A stretch of 64,000 nucleotides of DNA from an uncultured Clostridia bacterium (lineage in GTDB: Bacteria; Bacillota; Clostridia; Christensenellales; UBA1242): positions 24,657-88,656 of the forward strand of contig CALWKF010000004.1 in the NCBI GenBank assembly GCA_944381215.1. The letters run 5' to 3'. The notes beneath the pieces were generated by a model. That model made no database searches. It saw only the letters and a list, made by a program, of their open reading frames with translations, and was not told the DNA's origin. The position numbers and the translations under genes are program-made. Positions 46,218-55,544 of the stretch are shown here, piece by piece. Position 1 is the first letter of the stretch; every line of letters begins with the position of its first letter.

Positions 46218-46769
46218 ATGTTTAATTTAGAAACTTTGCGCCTTTTGAGTAAACTAAAAAAGGCACCCGATTTTACCGCAAAATTTGCAGGTGAGGCGAA
46301 GGGCTCTGCATATTTTTGGCTGACTGACGAAGGAGTAATTTACCTAATCGACCTCCGCGGACTGCCAATTAATAAATATTTTGACGTAGCCGTGCATTCC
46401 CGCTATGCGCCTGCTTCTTTTAGTGGCAGTGCATCGAGAGTGGGAGAGGGAAGCGATGTCATTTCATCTCCTAAAACCAACCCCGCTTCTAGTACCAGCC
46501 CTCACACCGCACCTTCATCCTCAACTACTAGTTTTAACAACGTCTCTTCATCCTCAATTGCCAGTTCGCACGACGCCCCAACTTTTCGAACACAAAATTC
46601 CAACACTCCGCACTCTCGGACCTTCACTCTGCCCGCGCTGTATTCGAACAAGGGCCACGGACTCGGGGCAGGTCTTGTGAACTTTTTGACTGCTGATAAT
46701 TTATTAGGTGCTTCAATTCATTTAAAGGCCGATTCCGCGCACCTTACCGCCCCAATTTCTAAACACTAA
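46218..46769 (+). CDS. Hypothetical protein with an S/T/P-rich linker (weak Cu/Zn-SOD-like outline without metal ligands)
   Basis: This is the only long ORF in a region with coding-like composition, and there is no clear RBS. Flanking segments (GSAYFWLTDEGVIYLIDLRGLP ... LPALYSNKGHG ... LLGASIHLKAD) loosely recall SodC. Confidence 0.4.
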   Translation: MFNLETLRLLSKLKKAPDFTAKFAGEAKGSAYFWLTDEGVIYLIDLRGLPINKYFDVAVHSRYAPASFSGSASRVGEGSDVISSPKTNPASSTSPHTAPSSSTTSFNNVSSSSIASSHDAPTFRTQNSNTPHSRTFTLPALYSNKGHGLGAGLVNFLTADNLLGASIHLKADSAHLTAPISKH

Positions 46770-46961
46770 CATATCATAATATGTTAAACTATATACTACT
46801 TTTTAATGCAATCAAGTTGCATTACTTTTATAATTAGTTACATTATGTACAACTTTTTATAATTACACGGTACATTATTTTTTAATTAAATAATGTAATT
46901 GCATTTTATTTAATTTACAATATACTATATTTAATAATCAAACATTATCTTTTTACTTAAA

Positions 46962-46990
46962 CAAAAAACGCGACAATTTGTCGCGTTTTC
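46962..46990 (-). terminator. Terminator after the 46990 gene
   Basis: Stem AACGCGACA/TGTCGCGTT with a T-run on the minus strand. Confidence 0.75.
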
Positions 46991-47313
46991 TAATTGCCAG
47001 CACCAGTAAGCGTGTTTGCAATGTCGTTTAGCGTGTCTGGGAAGAATTGGAAGATAACTGCCACAGCAATAATCAAGTAGATTAAAATTTGTAGCAGAAT
47101 GTTGCGCTTGATTGCGAACTCAACCATTACTAGCGAGCATACAATCAGCGGACCAAATCTAAGAATGTAGCCAAAGATTGCCAGCACTGTCTCGTTGTCA
47201 ATAAAGGTCCAAATAGAGTTAATTGCAGAGATTGCCAGTACTACCAAAATCACAAAAGCACAAACTTTGTTGATTACGTCAAATACTTTACTTAATGCCT
47301 CACCTACAGCCAT
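46990..47313 (-). CDS. Small hypothetical membrane protein (3 TM)
   Basis: RBS AGGGGGTG precedes the ATG and the product is hydrophobic. Confidence 0.6.
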   Translation of the reverse strand: MAVGEALSKVFDVINKVCAFVILVVLAISAINSIWTFIDNETVLAIFGYILRFGPLIVCSLVMVEFAIKRNILLQILIYLIIAVAVIFQFFPDTLNDIANTLTGAGN

Positions 47314-47583
47314 AGTGCACCCCCTAAATAGTTATATCTATATTATTATATAAATTTAATAAAATTGCAACACTTTTATCACATTTTTCTAAAATTAATA
47401 AAACTAATATAATTTATAATTATGCATTAGAATTTTAAAAAGTTTTTAAATTTTGAGAAATTTTAATAAAAAATTACGTTTTTTAATGATTTTAGCGAGT
47501 TTTTGGTGCATATTTATAAGTTTTTTAAATTTTTATCACAAAAAGACGACAAAATTCATATTAAATTTAAAACGGAGGTAACT

Positions 47584-47868
47584 ATGCCATATTCACGGAA
47601 CGAACTAATCACAGCCATTAGACAGGACATAATCGGCGAACTGGACGCCATAAACCAATATAACTCGCACATCGAGCGCACGGATAACGAATTCGCCAGG
47701 CGCGTGTGGGCAGACATCCGCGACGAAGAGCGCGTGCACGTGGGGGAACTTCTAAAACTTTTGAGCGTCTTCAGCCCCGACGAACTCGAATTACTCAAAT
47801 CTGGCCAGGCCGAAGTTGAGGAAATCATGCGCGAAATGGGCATCACTTCTCCACAACGCAAACAATAA
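47584..47868 (+). CDS. Small ferritin-like protein of the encapsulated-ferritin (EncFtn/Flp) type
   Basis: ATG follows ACGGAGG. GELDAINQYNSHI...DIRDEERVHVGELLKLL matches the EncFtn ExxH di-iron pattern. Length is 94 aa. Confidence 0.6.
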   Translation: MPYSRNELITAIRQDIIGELDAINQYNSHIERTDNEFARRVWADIRDEERVHVGELLKLLSVFSPDELELLKSGQAEVEEIMREMGITSPQRKQ

Positions 47869-47971
47869 AGTATTTTAATTTTAATTTAAAAGCACTCTAT
47901 TAAAGCGCATATAACTTGCAATAATTTAATTCTTTTAAATTAAAACTCGAAATTTTTAAACCCAAGCAAAC

Positions 47972-48010
47972 AAAAAACAAAACTTTTGATTTTTCAAGGT
48001 TTTGTTTTTT
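47972..48010. terminator. Bidirectional terminator
   Basis: Stem AAAAAACAAAAC/GTTTTGTTTTTT between convergent genes. Confidence 0.6.
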
Positions 48011-48251
48011 AATCAATTTCAAGGTCGTCTCTTTCAAATATTGGGTCGTCGAAGAATTCGGCAGTAGTCATGCCAAGCCCTCGAATAATTAATAACACGG
48101 TTTTTAAGTTTATTCCACTAGTACGTTCACCCATTAAACATTTCATTGTATTGTGTGGTATAGCGGTGATTTTCTCTAATCGATATTGCGACATCTTCTT
48201 TTCACGCAAAATATCACTAATTCTTTTTGCTACGGCAGTGCTAACTTTCAT
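48009..48251 (-). CDS. Small XRE-type HTH protein, paralogue 1
   Basis: 80 aa, with the HTH segment MSQYRLEKITAIPHNTMKCLMGE. It is tandem to a close paralogue. Confidence 0.75.
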   Translation of the reverse strand: MKVSTAVAKRISDILREKKMSQYRLEKITAIPHNTMKCLMGERTSGINLKTVLLIIRGLGMTTAEFFDDPIFERDDLEID

Positions 48252-48293
48252 AATTAACCTCGGGTGTTAAATTGGGGGTGTAAGCAGAGGTAT

Positions 48294-48536
48294 TTAATCA
48301 ATTTCTAAATCTTCTCTTTCAAATATTGGGTCGTCGAAAAATTCGGCAGTCGTCATGCCAAGCCCTCGAATAATCTGCATAATCGTCCTAAAATTTACGC
48401 TCGTATACCGTTCACTCATTAGTGCCTGCATAGTGTTGTGAGAAATGGCCGTGATTTTCTCGAGCCTGTATTGAGTCATATTTTTCTCGCGCAACAAATT
48501 GCTCACTCTTTTTGCAATGGCAGTGCTTAATTTCAT
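48294..48536 (-). CDS. Small XRE-type HTH protein, paralogue 2
   Basis: 80 aa, about three quarters identical to the 48009 product by hand count. The C-terminal 26 aa are nearly identical. Confidence 0.75.
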   Translation of the reverse strand: MKLSTAIAKRVSNLLREKNMTQYRLEKITAISHNTMQALMSERYTSVNFRTIMQIIRGLGMTTAEFFDDPIFEREDLEID

Positions 48537-48992
48537 AACTTACCTCGCACTTGGCTTTTTTCTTATTTTATAATAGTTTTATTTTAAAATACGTACATTA
48601 AAATAAACACACCCTCATTTTTGCTTGCCAAAACCCACATAATATGCTATAAATTAATTAAATCATATTTTATTAGATAAATATTACTACATAGAGAGAC
48701 CTGAATACATGTGCATAAAATACTCGGTGCTATCTAATAAACCGCAAAATGAGGTGCCTAATGACAAAATATGCGGTAAAGTGCCTAAATTTAAGCATTA
48801 TGTAGTGAAAATTTGCGGGATACTTTAATTTTTAGAGATATTTAATATAAAAGCCGTGTTTAAACAAAATAAAATTAAATTAGATAAAAATAAAATAAAA
48901 TTAGATAATTTTTAAAAAGATAGCCAAATAATTTGTAATTTTTCGTTATTTTTTGCTATACTAATTATAAATAGGTTTGAAAAGAGGTATGT

Positions 48993-50438
48993 ATGTCGAA
49001 AAATATCGAAAAGCAAGGTAAGCGACCAGGATATATCGTAGGAGGAATTTTCGCGATAATTCTCGGCGCGTTACTGGTGATTTTATATCTGCCGAGTTTA
49101 ATTAGCGCGATTGCAGGCATTGATCCCCTTTGGGACTTGTATTCCACGTTTGAAGGACTGCTCGGCACCAACTTTATGGGAATGTTTGCCGTTTGGGGCG
49201 GGGTAGGTATACTGCTACTTTTGGGTGGTGTGTACTTTATCTGCCTTTTTGCGCGCCCTTCGACTGCCAGCACTATGTTTAGGCTCTCCGCGCTTTTTGG
49301 AGTGCTGTCTATTCTGGTACCAAATCTGCTGACGGCAATTTCTCTAACCATCGAGGACGCTGCGGGCACAGCCATTGACCTAATGCAATACTCTACATAC
49401 GCAGTGCTCGCCCTATTCGTGTTGAGTTTTATCTTCTACGTAATCGGCTTTGTGGCTCGTTTCAAGCAAAAGTACCACAAGAACCGCGCCAGCACCGTTT
49501 TGGTGTTCGCTGCGACGTTCTGGATGCTCTTGTCCGCGTTCCCAGCCCTCAACGCCCTCAACACACTTTTGGACGCAAGCGTCTACTTCTTTGTGGACGC
49601 AGGCATGTTAGTGTCGGCTAATTATTTAGGATTTTTGTCGGTATTTTTAATCGTTTCGGCGATTTGGATGTTTATCACCGTTCCACACCGCGTCGTTGTC
49701 GACTACAACCCCGACACCAAGGGCAAGCACGCCGACGGTCGCCCGAAAGTGCTGGGCGAGAATATGGGCGAAAAAACTGCGCCGTTTAACGCACCAGTTG
49801 CTCCCGTACAGGCTCAGCCCCAGGCACAACAACCACAGGCGCGTTTTGACCACAACTATACCGCTCAACCCCAGGCGCAAGCAGGGCAGACATCCTTTGC
49901 TACGAACCCAATATTAAACCAGCCTCAACGCCCCGTTGTGCAACCAAATATGCCTCAATCTAATTTCCAAACACAACCCAACATGGCAGGCCCGCGCCCA
50001 GTCGTTCAACCTCAACAGCCCACGCAAGCCCCTGGACAGTTCCAACAGCCTAGACCTACAATGCAACCGCAACCGCAACCACAACAACCGAGGCCCGCGA
50101 CCCCGCTTACTCAGCCAAATACAAACCCGTACGCAAGCTTTAACAATTTTACGCAAAACAGCCCATACAATAAGCCTCAACAACCAAGACCAAATATGCC
50201 TCAATCTAATTTTCAACCACAGCCCAACACGGCAGGCCCGCGTCCAGTCGTTCAGCCTGGGCAACCTCCTTACGGCGCGCAACAGCCTCAACCTAGACCA
50301 ATGCAACCACAACCGCAAGCCCCGAGGCCTCCTTACAACCAGCCTCAACAGCCTCCGCGTCCGCCAGTTACTCCGTTTACGGGAAACAACACCCCAAAGC
50401 CAAACAACGGCCAAAACGGCACTAATGGCACTAGCTAG
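48993..50438 (+). CDS. Polytopic membrane protein with a ~230-aa P/Q-rich repetitive C-terminal tail
   Basis: RBS AAGAGG precedes the ATG. About 7 TM helices. The tail has repeated NMPQSNFQ-x-QPN-x-AGPRPVVQP units, with DNA direct repeats at about 49936-50010 and 50190-50260. Confidence 0.75.
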   Translation: MSKNIEKQGKRPGYIVGGIFAIILGALLVILYLPSLISAIAGIDPLWDLYSTFEGLLGTNFMGMFAVWGGVGILLLLGGVYFICLFARPSTASTMFRLSALFGVLSILVPNLLTAISLTIEDAAGTAIDLMQYSTYAVLALFVLSFIFYVIGFVARFKQKYHKNRASTVLVFAATFWMLLSAFPALNALNTLLDASVYFFVDAGMLVSANYLGFLSVFLIVSAIWMFITVPHRVVVDYNPDTKGKHADGRPKVLGENMGEKTAPFNAPVAPVQAQPQAQQPQARFDHNYTAQPQAQAGQTSFATNPILNQPQRPVVQPNMPQSNFQTQPNMAGPRPVVQPQQPTQAPGQFQQPRPTMQPQPQPQQPRPATPLTQPNTNPYASFNNFTQNSPYNKPQQPRPNMPQSNFQPQPNTAGPRPVVQPGQPPYGAQQPQPRPMQPQPQAPRPPYNQPQQPPRPPVTPFTGNNTPKPNNGQNGTNGTS

Positions 50439-50447
50439 GAGGTGCTT

Positions 50448-50807
50448 ATGAAAGAGTTACAAACCATTTGCATAAGGTGCCCAATCGGGTGCCACTTGAC
50501 CGTCAAAGAGGTGAACGGCGAGGTCGTTGTGAGTGGTAATAGTTGCCCGCGCGGTGCGGAGTATGGCAAGCAAGAGTTTACTTGCCCCATGCGCACGGTA
50601 ACCACGATTTTTAACCGAAAAAATGGCGGGACTTTGGCGGTGCGCACGAGTACCGATGTCGAAAAATCAAAGTACTTCGAGGTGCTGTCCGCTATCAAAT
50701 CTGCGCCCGAACCTACGAACCCGCATTTTGGCGATACGCTAATTAAAAATGTGTGTAGTACTGGTGCCGACATCATCATCACCGAAGTAAACGGCCCCGA
50801 ATTATAA
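50448..50807 (+). CDS. DUF1667 domain protein (usual third member of the G3P-oxidoreductase trio)
   Basis: ATG lies 7 nt after AGGAGG. ICIRCPIGCHLTV...GNSCPRGAEYG...PMRTVTT...VRTS matches the DUF1667 pattern. Confidence 0.75.
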   Translation: MKELQTICIRCPIGCHLTVKEVNGEVVVSGNSCPRGAEYGKQEFTCPMRTVTTIFNRKNGGTLAVRTSTDVEKSKYFEVLSAIKSAPEPTNPHFGDTLIKNVCSTGADIIITEVNGPEL

Positions 50808-50809
50808 AA

Positions 50810-50840
50810 GAACTCTAGCCCCCTAGGGTTCTTTTTTTTT
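50810..50840 (+). terminator. Rho-independent terminator
   Basis: A 9-bp stem GAACTCTAG/CTAGGGTTC with a CCCC loop, then T9. Confidence 0.8.
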
Positions 50841-51063
50841 GTTTATCTAGTGTTTTATTCTTATTAAAATATAGACTCAAATTAAAGAATACCATGTTGC
50901 AAAAAGTCGGGAAAAAGCTTCCTTCTTTGCGATTTTTAAAAATCTCAATTTACTTATTGACATTGCGGGCAATTTATGCTAAAATAAGGTTAATTAAAGC
51001 GAATTTATTTGCTATTTTTTACGAATTTTTCGCTATTTTTTAATATTTTTTCGAGGTGCCATT

Positions 51064-51711
51064 ATGGAAAGAGAAAAAAATAACACCGCAAATCTTGAAC
51101 TCGAGATTTTAGGTAACTATTTTATCACTGGGCATTCCTTTATTGAGGAGCAAACTCCTTGTCGTGCGTGGGTATTCGCCACATCAAAGAAAAAGCAAAC
51201 TTTTTATAATGCCGAGCCATATAAATCGCCTTGCAAGCTGTCTATGATGTCCGTAAGTTCGAACCCGCTCATGCTAGAAAAGACCGTGGACAACATCGTG
51301 AAAAAGAACCTGCAAGACAGCCTTTTTGACGAAAACGGCCAGTTTGAGTACTACCGCGTGGCCAAGGTTTGGCGCGATTCTTTGGGGGACGAGAGCGTAC
51401 TTTCCGACCTCGAGACCGCGACTGTCGAGGACTTTGCGACAAATGGAGACCCGAAGCGTTTGCGCGAAATCAATGCACGCTTGTTAAAGGCCTTGTCTAT
51501 AAACCCCGAGTACGTTGCCACCCTTCGCCAAAATATCGAGTCATTTATGCACGCCTCTAAAAAACTCGCAGTACACGCAGACGTCGACTATTTAAACAGC
51601 ATCGTGCACTCGAGCGAGGCGATTAACCAGGGCTACCAGGCCCACGAGTTTCGCTCAAAAGAGCCTCAGCACACCGCTTCTAACACTCTGGACCTTTCTC
51701 GCGAACGTTAA
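51064..51711 (+). CDS. Hypothetical protein
   Basis: RBS GAGGTG precedes the ATG. The 215-aa product has no recognised motif. Confidence 0.6.
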   Translation: MEREKNNTANLELEILGNYFITGHSFIEEQTPCRAWVFATSKKKQTFYNAEPYKSPCKLSMMSVSSNPLMLEKTVDNIVKKNLQDSLFDENGQFEYYRVAKVWRDSLGDESVLSDLETATVEDFATNGDPKRLREINARLLKALSINPEYVATLRQNIESFMHASKKLAVHADVDYLNSIVHSSEAINQGYQAHEFRSKEPQHTASNTLDLSRER

Positions 51712-51830
51712 TAAAAAATATGTAGATTAAAACCCCAATTAAAATACACTAGATTAGTATTAAAAAATCTAATTTAATAAATGAATAAAAAAACATATTA
51801 AATATTTATTAAATAAAAAGACAAGAAACT

Positions 51831-51856
51831 AAAAATAGCCTAAACAGGCTATTTTT
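51831..51856. terminator. Bidirectional terminator
   Basis: Stem AAAATAGCCT/AGGCTATTTT with an AAAC loop, between convergent genes. Confidence 0.7.
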
Positions 51857-52057
51857 AGTTTATTTTTAAATAATGAATAAAATAATTAAAAATCATTAAA
51901 ATGATAAAAAATAATTTAATTTTAATAATAAAAATAATTAATAACAAATATGAATTAATAAATTAACGAAATTATAGAAAATTATATAAAAATAATGAAA
52001 AAATATAAAAATTTAAATAAAATTAATTAAATTATGCGAAATTTTAATAAAATTAAA

Positions 52058-52579
52058 TTATTTTTCTTCTTCGATGTAGTAGTCCCAGGGATTTAGGATG
52101 CGGATGTTGAGGCCTTGGTCCTTGGCGTAGAGAAGGGTGTTGCGGGTGCCACTGGGGGAGCCATTGTAGCACGCAATGACAGTGCTCGAATTGTCCACCA
52201 TAAATTTATTGCGCAAGTCGTAAACTTTCGGGTTATACTCTTTCGCTACCACGATGCATTCGTCGCACTGCTCTAAAATTTTGTGATAACGTTCTTGTTG
52301 ACGGGGGAGCCACCTTGATTCCTGATTAGGACAAGGCACGACCGCCACGACCTTGATGTCATGGTCTTTGCGTAAATCTAGGAGCATCTCGACACCTATC
52401 ATATCAAAGCCCTCCGCCATGCCGATGTAGTAGATGTTGTTGCCCTCGCGTATCGTGTCCTCTAAAACTTGGCGCAACTCGACCTTAAACCGCCTACAAC
52501 TCTCGCGACTTTCGTCATATCCCCAAGGCAGAGCCTTTGGCCGATGCCCCGTTAAACAAACCGCCTTTTCTCTTTCCAT
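52058..52579 (-). CDS. SLOG-fold DUF1273 protein (YpsA-like)
   Basis: VCLTGHRPKALPWGY...GMAEGFDMIG...VVPCPNQESRW...RNKFMVDNSSTVIACY matches the DUF1273 pattern. Confidence 0.7.
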   Translation of the reverse strand: MEREKAVCLTGHRPKALPWGYDESRESCRRFKVELRQVLEDTIREGNNIYYIGMAEGFDMIGVEMLLDLRKDHDIKVVAVVPCPNQESRWLPRQQERYHKILEQCDECIVVAKEYNPKVYDLRNKFMVDNSSTVIACYNGSPSGTRNTLLYAKDQGLNIRILNPWDYYIEEEK

Positions 52580-52749
52580 AAAACCTCGCTTTTTAGCTCT
52601 TTTTTCAAATTAATTAAATTATATCGAAAATAGAATTAAAAGCAACAAAATTTAGCAAAAAAATTGCGCTAATTTAATAAAATTAAGGCAAAATTTGTCG
52701 AAAAATAAATAAAAAACACGGCCTAAGCAAGGGTTAGGTCGTGATAACT

Positions 52750-52989
52750 TTATTTTTGTTGAGGACTTTTGTCTTTGTTCATTAGGTAGATTGCGCCCTG
52801 CATGCAAGCGGCAATAATCAACCAAATTGCAGACAGCAAAACGAGTATATATACGATAATACTGCCAACATTCATTCCACCGAAAATCCATTCGACTAGA
52901 TTAAAGTTGAAAATGCCCACAAGCCCCCAATTTATGCCACCGATTAGCAAGATTACGAACGCAATCCAGTTGGGAATAACATAGTTCAT
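52750..52989 (-). CDS. DUF378 small membrane protein
   Basis: ATG follows GGAGGTG. IAFVILLIGGINWGLVGIFNFNLVEWIFGG is the DUF378 signature. Confidence 0.75.
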   Translation of the reverse strand: MNYVIPNWIAFVILLIGGINWGLVGIFNFNLVEWIFGGMNVGSIIVYILVLLSAIWLIIAACMQGAIYLMNKDKSPQQK

Positions 52990-53135
52990 ACTTTTCACCT
53001 CCGCTAGTATCATGTGTATTTTTTGATTTTTTATTAAATAATTTTGAATTTTCTTCGATTTTACATCATGCGCAACCTTGACGCTCGCAAAAAACGAATA
53101 AACTTAATTTTTTCGCGCCTTAAAAGTTAAATTGT

Positions 53136-53164
53136 ATTGACAAGAACGCGCAGAAGCACTATAC
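53136..53164 (+). promoter_or_regulatory. Putative promoter for metG
   Basis: TTGACA, a 17-nt spacer, then TATACT. The resulting leader is only about 60 nt. Confidence 0.55.
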
Positions 53165-53225
53165 TATAAAAATAGAATTACTAGCGACCGCTATGGAATT
53201 ACTTTTTACTTTTTGGAGTTTAGAA

Positions 53226-55172
53226 ATGAACAGAAAATTGCCTAGAAGAGTCTTGGTGACGGCGGGCATGCCGAACGGAAACAAGCCCCTACACATAGGC
53301 CACATCAGCCAATTTATTTGGGCAGATTTTTACGCTCGCTTTATGCGCGACCGAATTGGAAAGGAAAACGTGCTGTTTTTCTCGGGAACGGACGGCTTCG
53401 GCTCCTCGACTGACGAAAAATACCGCAAATTAAAGGAGGCAGGCGAGATTACCTCGACCTTGCCTGAGTATGTGGCGCACTTTCACGACATCCAAGACGC
53501 GACCCTTAATAATTACGAAATCGGCCTGACTAGGTTTTACGCCTCGTGCCTCGAGCCTGCGCTAAAACATCATACCGAGATTTCTGCCTTCTTTTTTGAG
53601 AAAATGCTCGAAAATGGCAAGATGCAGAAGCGCGTAACCGAGCAGTTTTTTGATAGCAAACTCGGCCTTGTGCTAAACGGTAGGCAGGTGGAGGGGAAGT
53701 GCCCGATTGAAGGGTGCCAGTCCGAAGTTGGTTATGCCGACGAGTGTTCTCTTGGCCACCAATACAATCCGCGCGACCTTATTGACCCTAAAAGTACGCT
53801 CTCTAACACCGTGCCGACCTTCAAGGAAATTACCAACTACTACTTCTCCCTCGATGAGTACCGCGAGAACCTCTTAAATATAATTTCGAGGCTGAAAGAG
53901 CAGGAAAACACACACAAATTCATGGCAAAAGAAATGCGCGACTACCTCTCTAGGCCTGCAATTTACCTCAAACTCGAGCAAAAGCCCTTACTCGAAAAGA
54001 TAACTCTAAACAACGTGTTTGAGAGGCGCGAGGACGAGAAAAAGGCGAGGTTAGAGCTGATTTTTAACAACATTAAAGACCGCGATACCGCTTGCGACAC
54101 TTTGCGCGAAAATGATATTACCTACACCACGAACAAGGCACTCGCGCCCCTGCGAATCACAGGCAACACGCCTTGGGGAGTGCCCGTGCCTCAAATCGAG
54201 CCCGAAACAAAGGACCTTACCTTCTACGTGTGGCCCGAATCGTTGTGGGCACCGATTTCCTTTACAAAAACTTATCTCAGCGAAGCGGGCAGTAGCGAGG
54301 TTTGGCAGGACTGGTGGTGCCACACTGACAACGAAATTACGCAGTTTATCGGCGAGGACAATATTTACTTCTATTCGCTTGCCGAGCCCGCGATGTTTAT
54401 GGCGGTGAACGGACCCAAAAATAACGACACCCCAGGCGATAACGAGTTACAAATTCCAAACATTATCGCTAACAAGCACGTGCTCTTTAACAATATAAAG
54501 GCAAGTAGCAGTGGCTCCTTAAAGGCCCCGACTGCGCAAGATTTGCTCGAATACTACACGGCAGAGCAGTTGCGCTGTCATTTCTTGGGGATGAATGTCA
54601 ACACCGTCGCGTACAACTTTAAGTCAAAGGTCGTTACTCCTGAGGACTTTGAGGGAACGGGCGACCCCGTAGTTGCGCAAGGAAATATGCTAACCAACAT
54701 TTTTAACCGCATCATCCGTTCCGTTTTTTACAGCATCCAGTCGCAACTAGACGGCAAAATTCCTAATGTCAAACCCTCTGCTGAGACTCTTGCCGAGGCT
54801 GAAAAGGTAGTTGCCTCATATGAGGACAAGGCTTTAAACTTCAAATTCAATGAAATCATGATTTTACTCGACGAGTATTTTAGAAAAGCTAATCAAAATT
54901 GGTCCGTGCGCTCCAAGTCGCAGGATGAGGGGGTAAAGGCGCAACTGATTGCCGACACTATTCATGTCATCCGCACAGGGCTGACGCTCGTGCACCCAAT
55001 CGCGCCCAAGAGTGCCGAGCTCGTCAAAGAATACCTGCATGCTGATGATAAAATTTGGGACTGGGCACACATCCACGAAATACTACGAGAGATGTATCCC
55101 GAGGTAACCGAGTTTAAACATATCGAACCTAAATTTGACTTCTTTAAAAAGCACCCCAGCCAAATAAATTAA
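53226..55172 (+). CDS. metG: Methionyl-tRNA synthetase (divergent)
   Basis: HIGH motif PLHIGH. MetRS-type zinc knuckle GKCPIEGCQSEVGYADECSLGH. The KMSKS position reads KASSS. I take the start at MNRK because I could not reproduce the 11 upstream residues of the ORF track by hand. Confidence 0.8.
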   Translation: MNRKLPRRVLVTAGMPNGNKPLHIGHISQFIWADFYARFMRDRIGKENVLFFSGTDGFGSSTDEKYRKLKEAGEITSTLPEYVAHFHDIQDATLNNYEIGLTRFYASCLEPALKHHTEISAFFFEKMLENGKMQKRVTEQFFDSKLGLVLNGRQVEGKCPIEGCQSEVGYADECSLGHQYNPRDLIDPKSTLSNTVPTFKEITNYYFSLDEYRENLLNIISRLKEQENTHKFMAKEMRDYLSRPAIYLKLEQKPLLEKITLNNVFERREDEKKARLELIFNNIKDRDTACDTLRENDITYTTNKALAPLRITGNTPWGVPVPQIEPETKDLTFYVWPESLWAPISFTKTYLSEAGSSEVWQDWWCHTDNEITQFIGEDNIYFYSLAEPAMFMAVNGPKNNDTPGDNELQIPNIIANKHVLFNNIKASSSGSLKAPTAQDLLEYYTAEQLRCHFLGMNVNTVAYNFKSKVVTPEDFEGTGDPVVAQGNMLTNIFNRIIRSVFYSIQSQLDGKIPNVKPSAETLAEAEKVVASYEDKALNFKFNEIMILLDEYFRKANQNWSVRSKSQDEGVKAQLIADTIHVIRTGLTLVHPIAPKSAELVKEYLHADDKIWDWAHIHEILREMYPEVTEFKHIEPKFDFFKKHPSQIN

Positions 55173-55184
55173 TTTAATTTTTTA

Positions 55185-55226
55185 ATACATACCTACAAAT
55201 TTTTGCAGGTATGTATTTATTTTTTA
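55185..55226 (+). terminator. Terminator after metG
   Basis: Stem ATACATACCTAC/GCAGGTATGTAT (one mismatch) plus a T-run. Confidence 0.7.
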
Positions 55227-55544
55227 TTCACTAAACCTTATATTTTAAATACACATATTTTTTTTAAAAATTATTGCATAGTACTTAAAAATTAACGTTT
55301 TTTCGCAATTTTTACGCGTTTTTAGGTACTATGCAATACATTTTCGCGATTTTTTAGTGCTATGCATAGCTTTTATTTTTATGATATTCATGTGTTTGTA
55401 AGTGATTATTATGATTTTTTTGTTTTATAATATTTATGCGGATGTAAATATATTTATGTTTGTGCACTATAGGTAATCACTCTCGGGTTTGTGTATAGTA
55501 ATTTATTGCTGACTTAATTTATTTAAATTTTTAGGCTTTTATTT

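Noticed and set aside
49647-50451. Alternative-frame and antisense ORFs across the P/Q-rich repeat region
   Set aside because: They arise from CAA/CCN-rich repeats. Only the frame continuous with the TM domain is plausible.
53014-53225. T-box or other riboswitch leader upstream of metG
   Set aside because: The predicted promoter leaves only a ~60-nt leader. I could find no specifier or antiterminator architecture and no T-box sequence.
53193-53225. N-terminal 11 residues (MELLFTFWSLE) given for metG in the ORF track
   Set aside because: My hand reading of this stretch did not reproduce that frame cleanly. The ATG at 53226 (MNRK...) aligns with where MetRS sequences normally begin.
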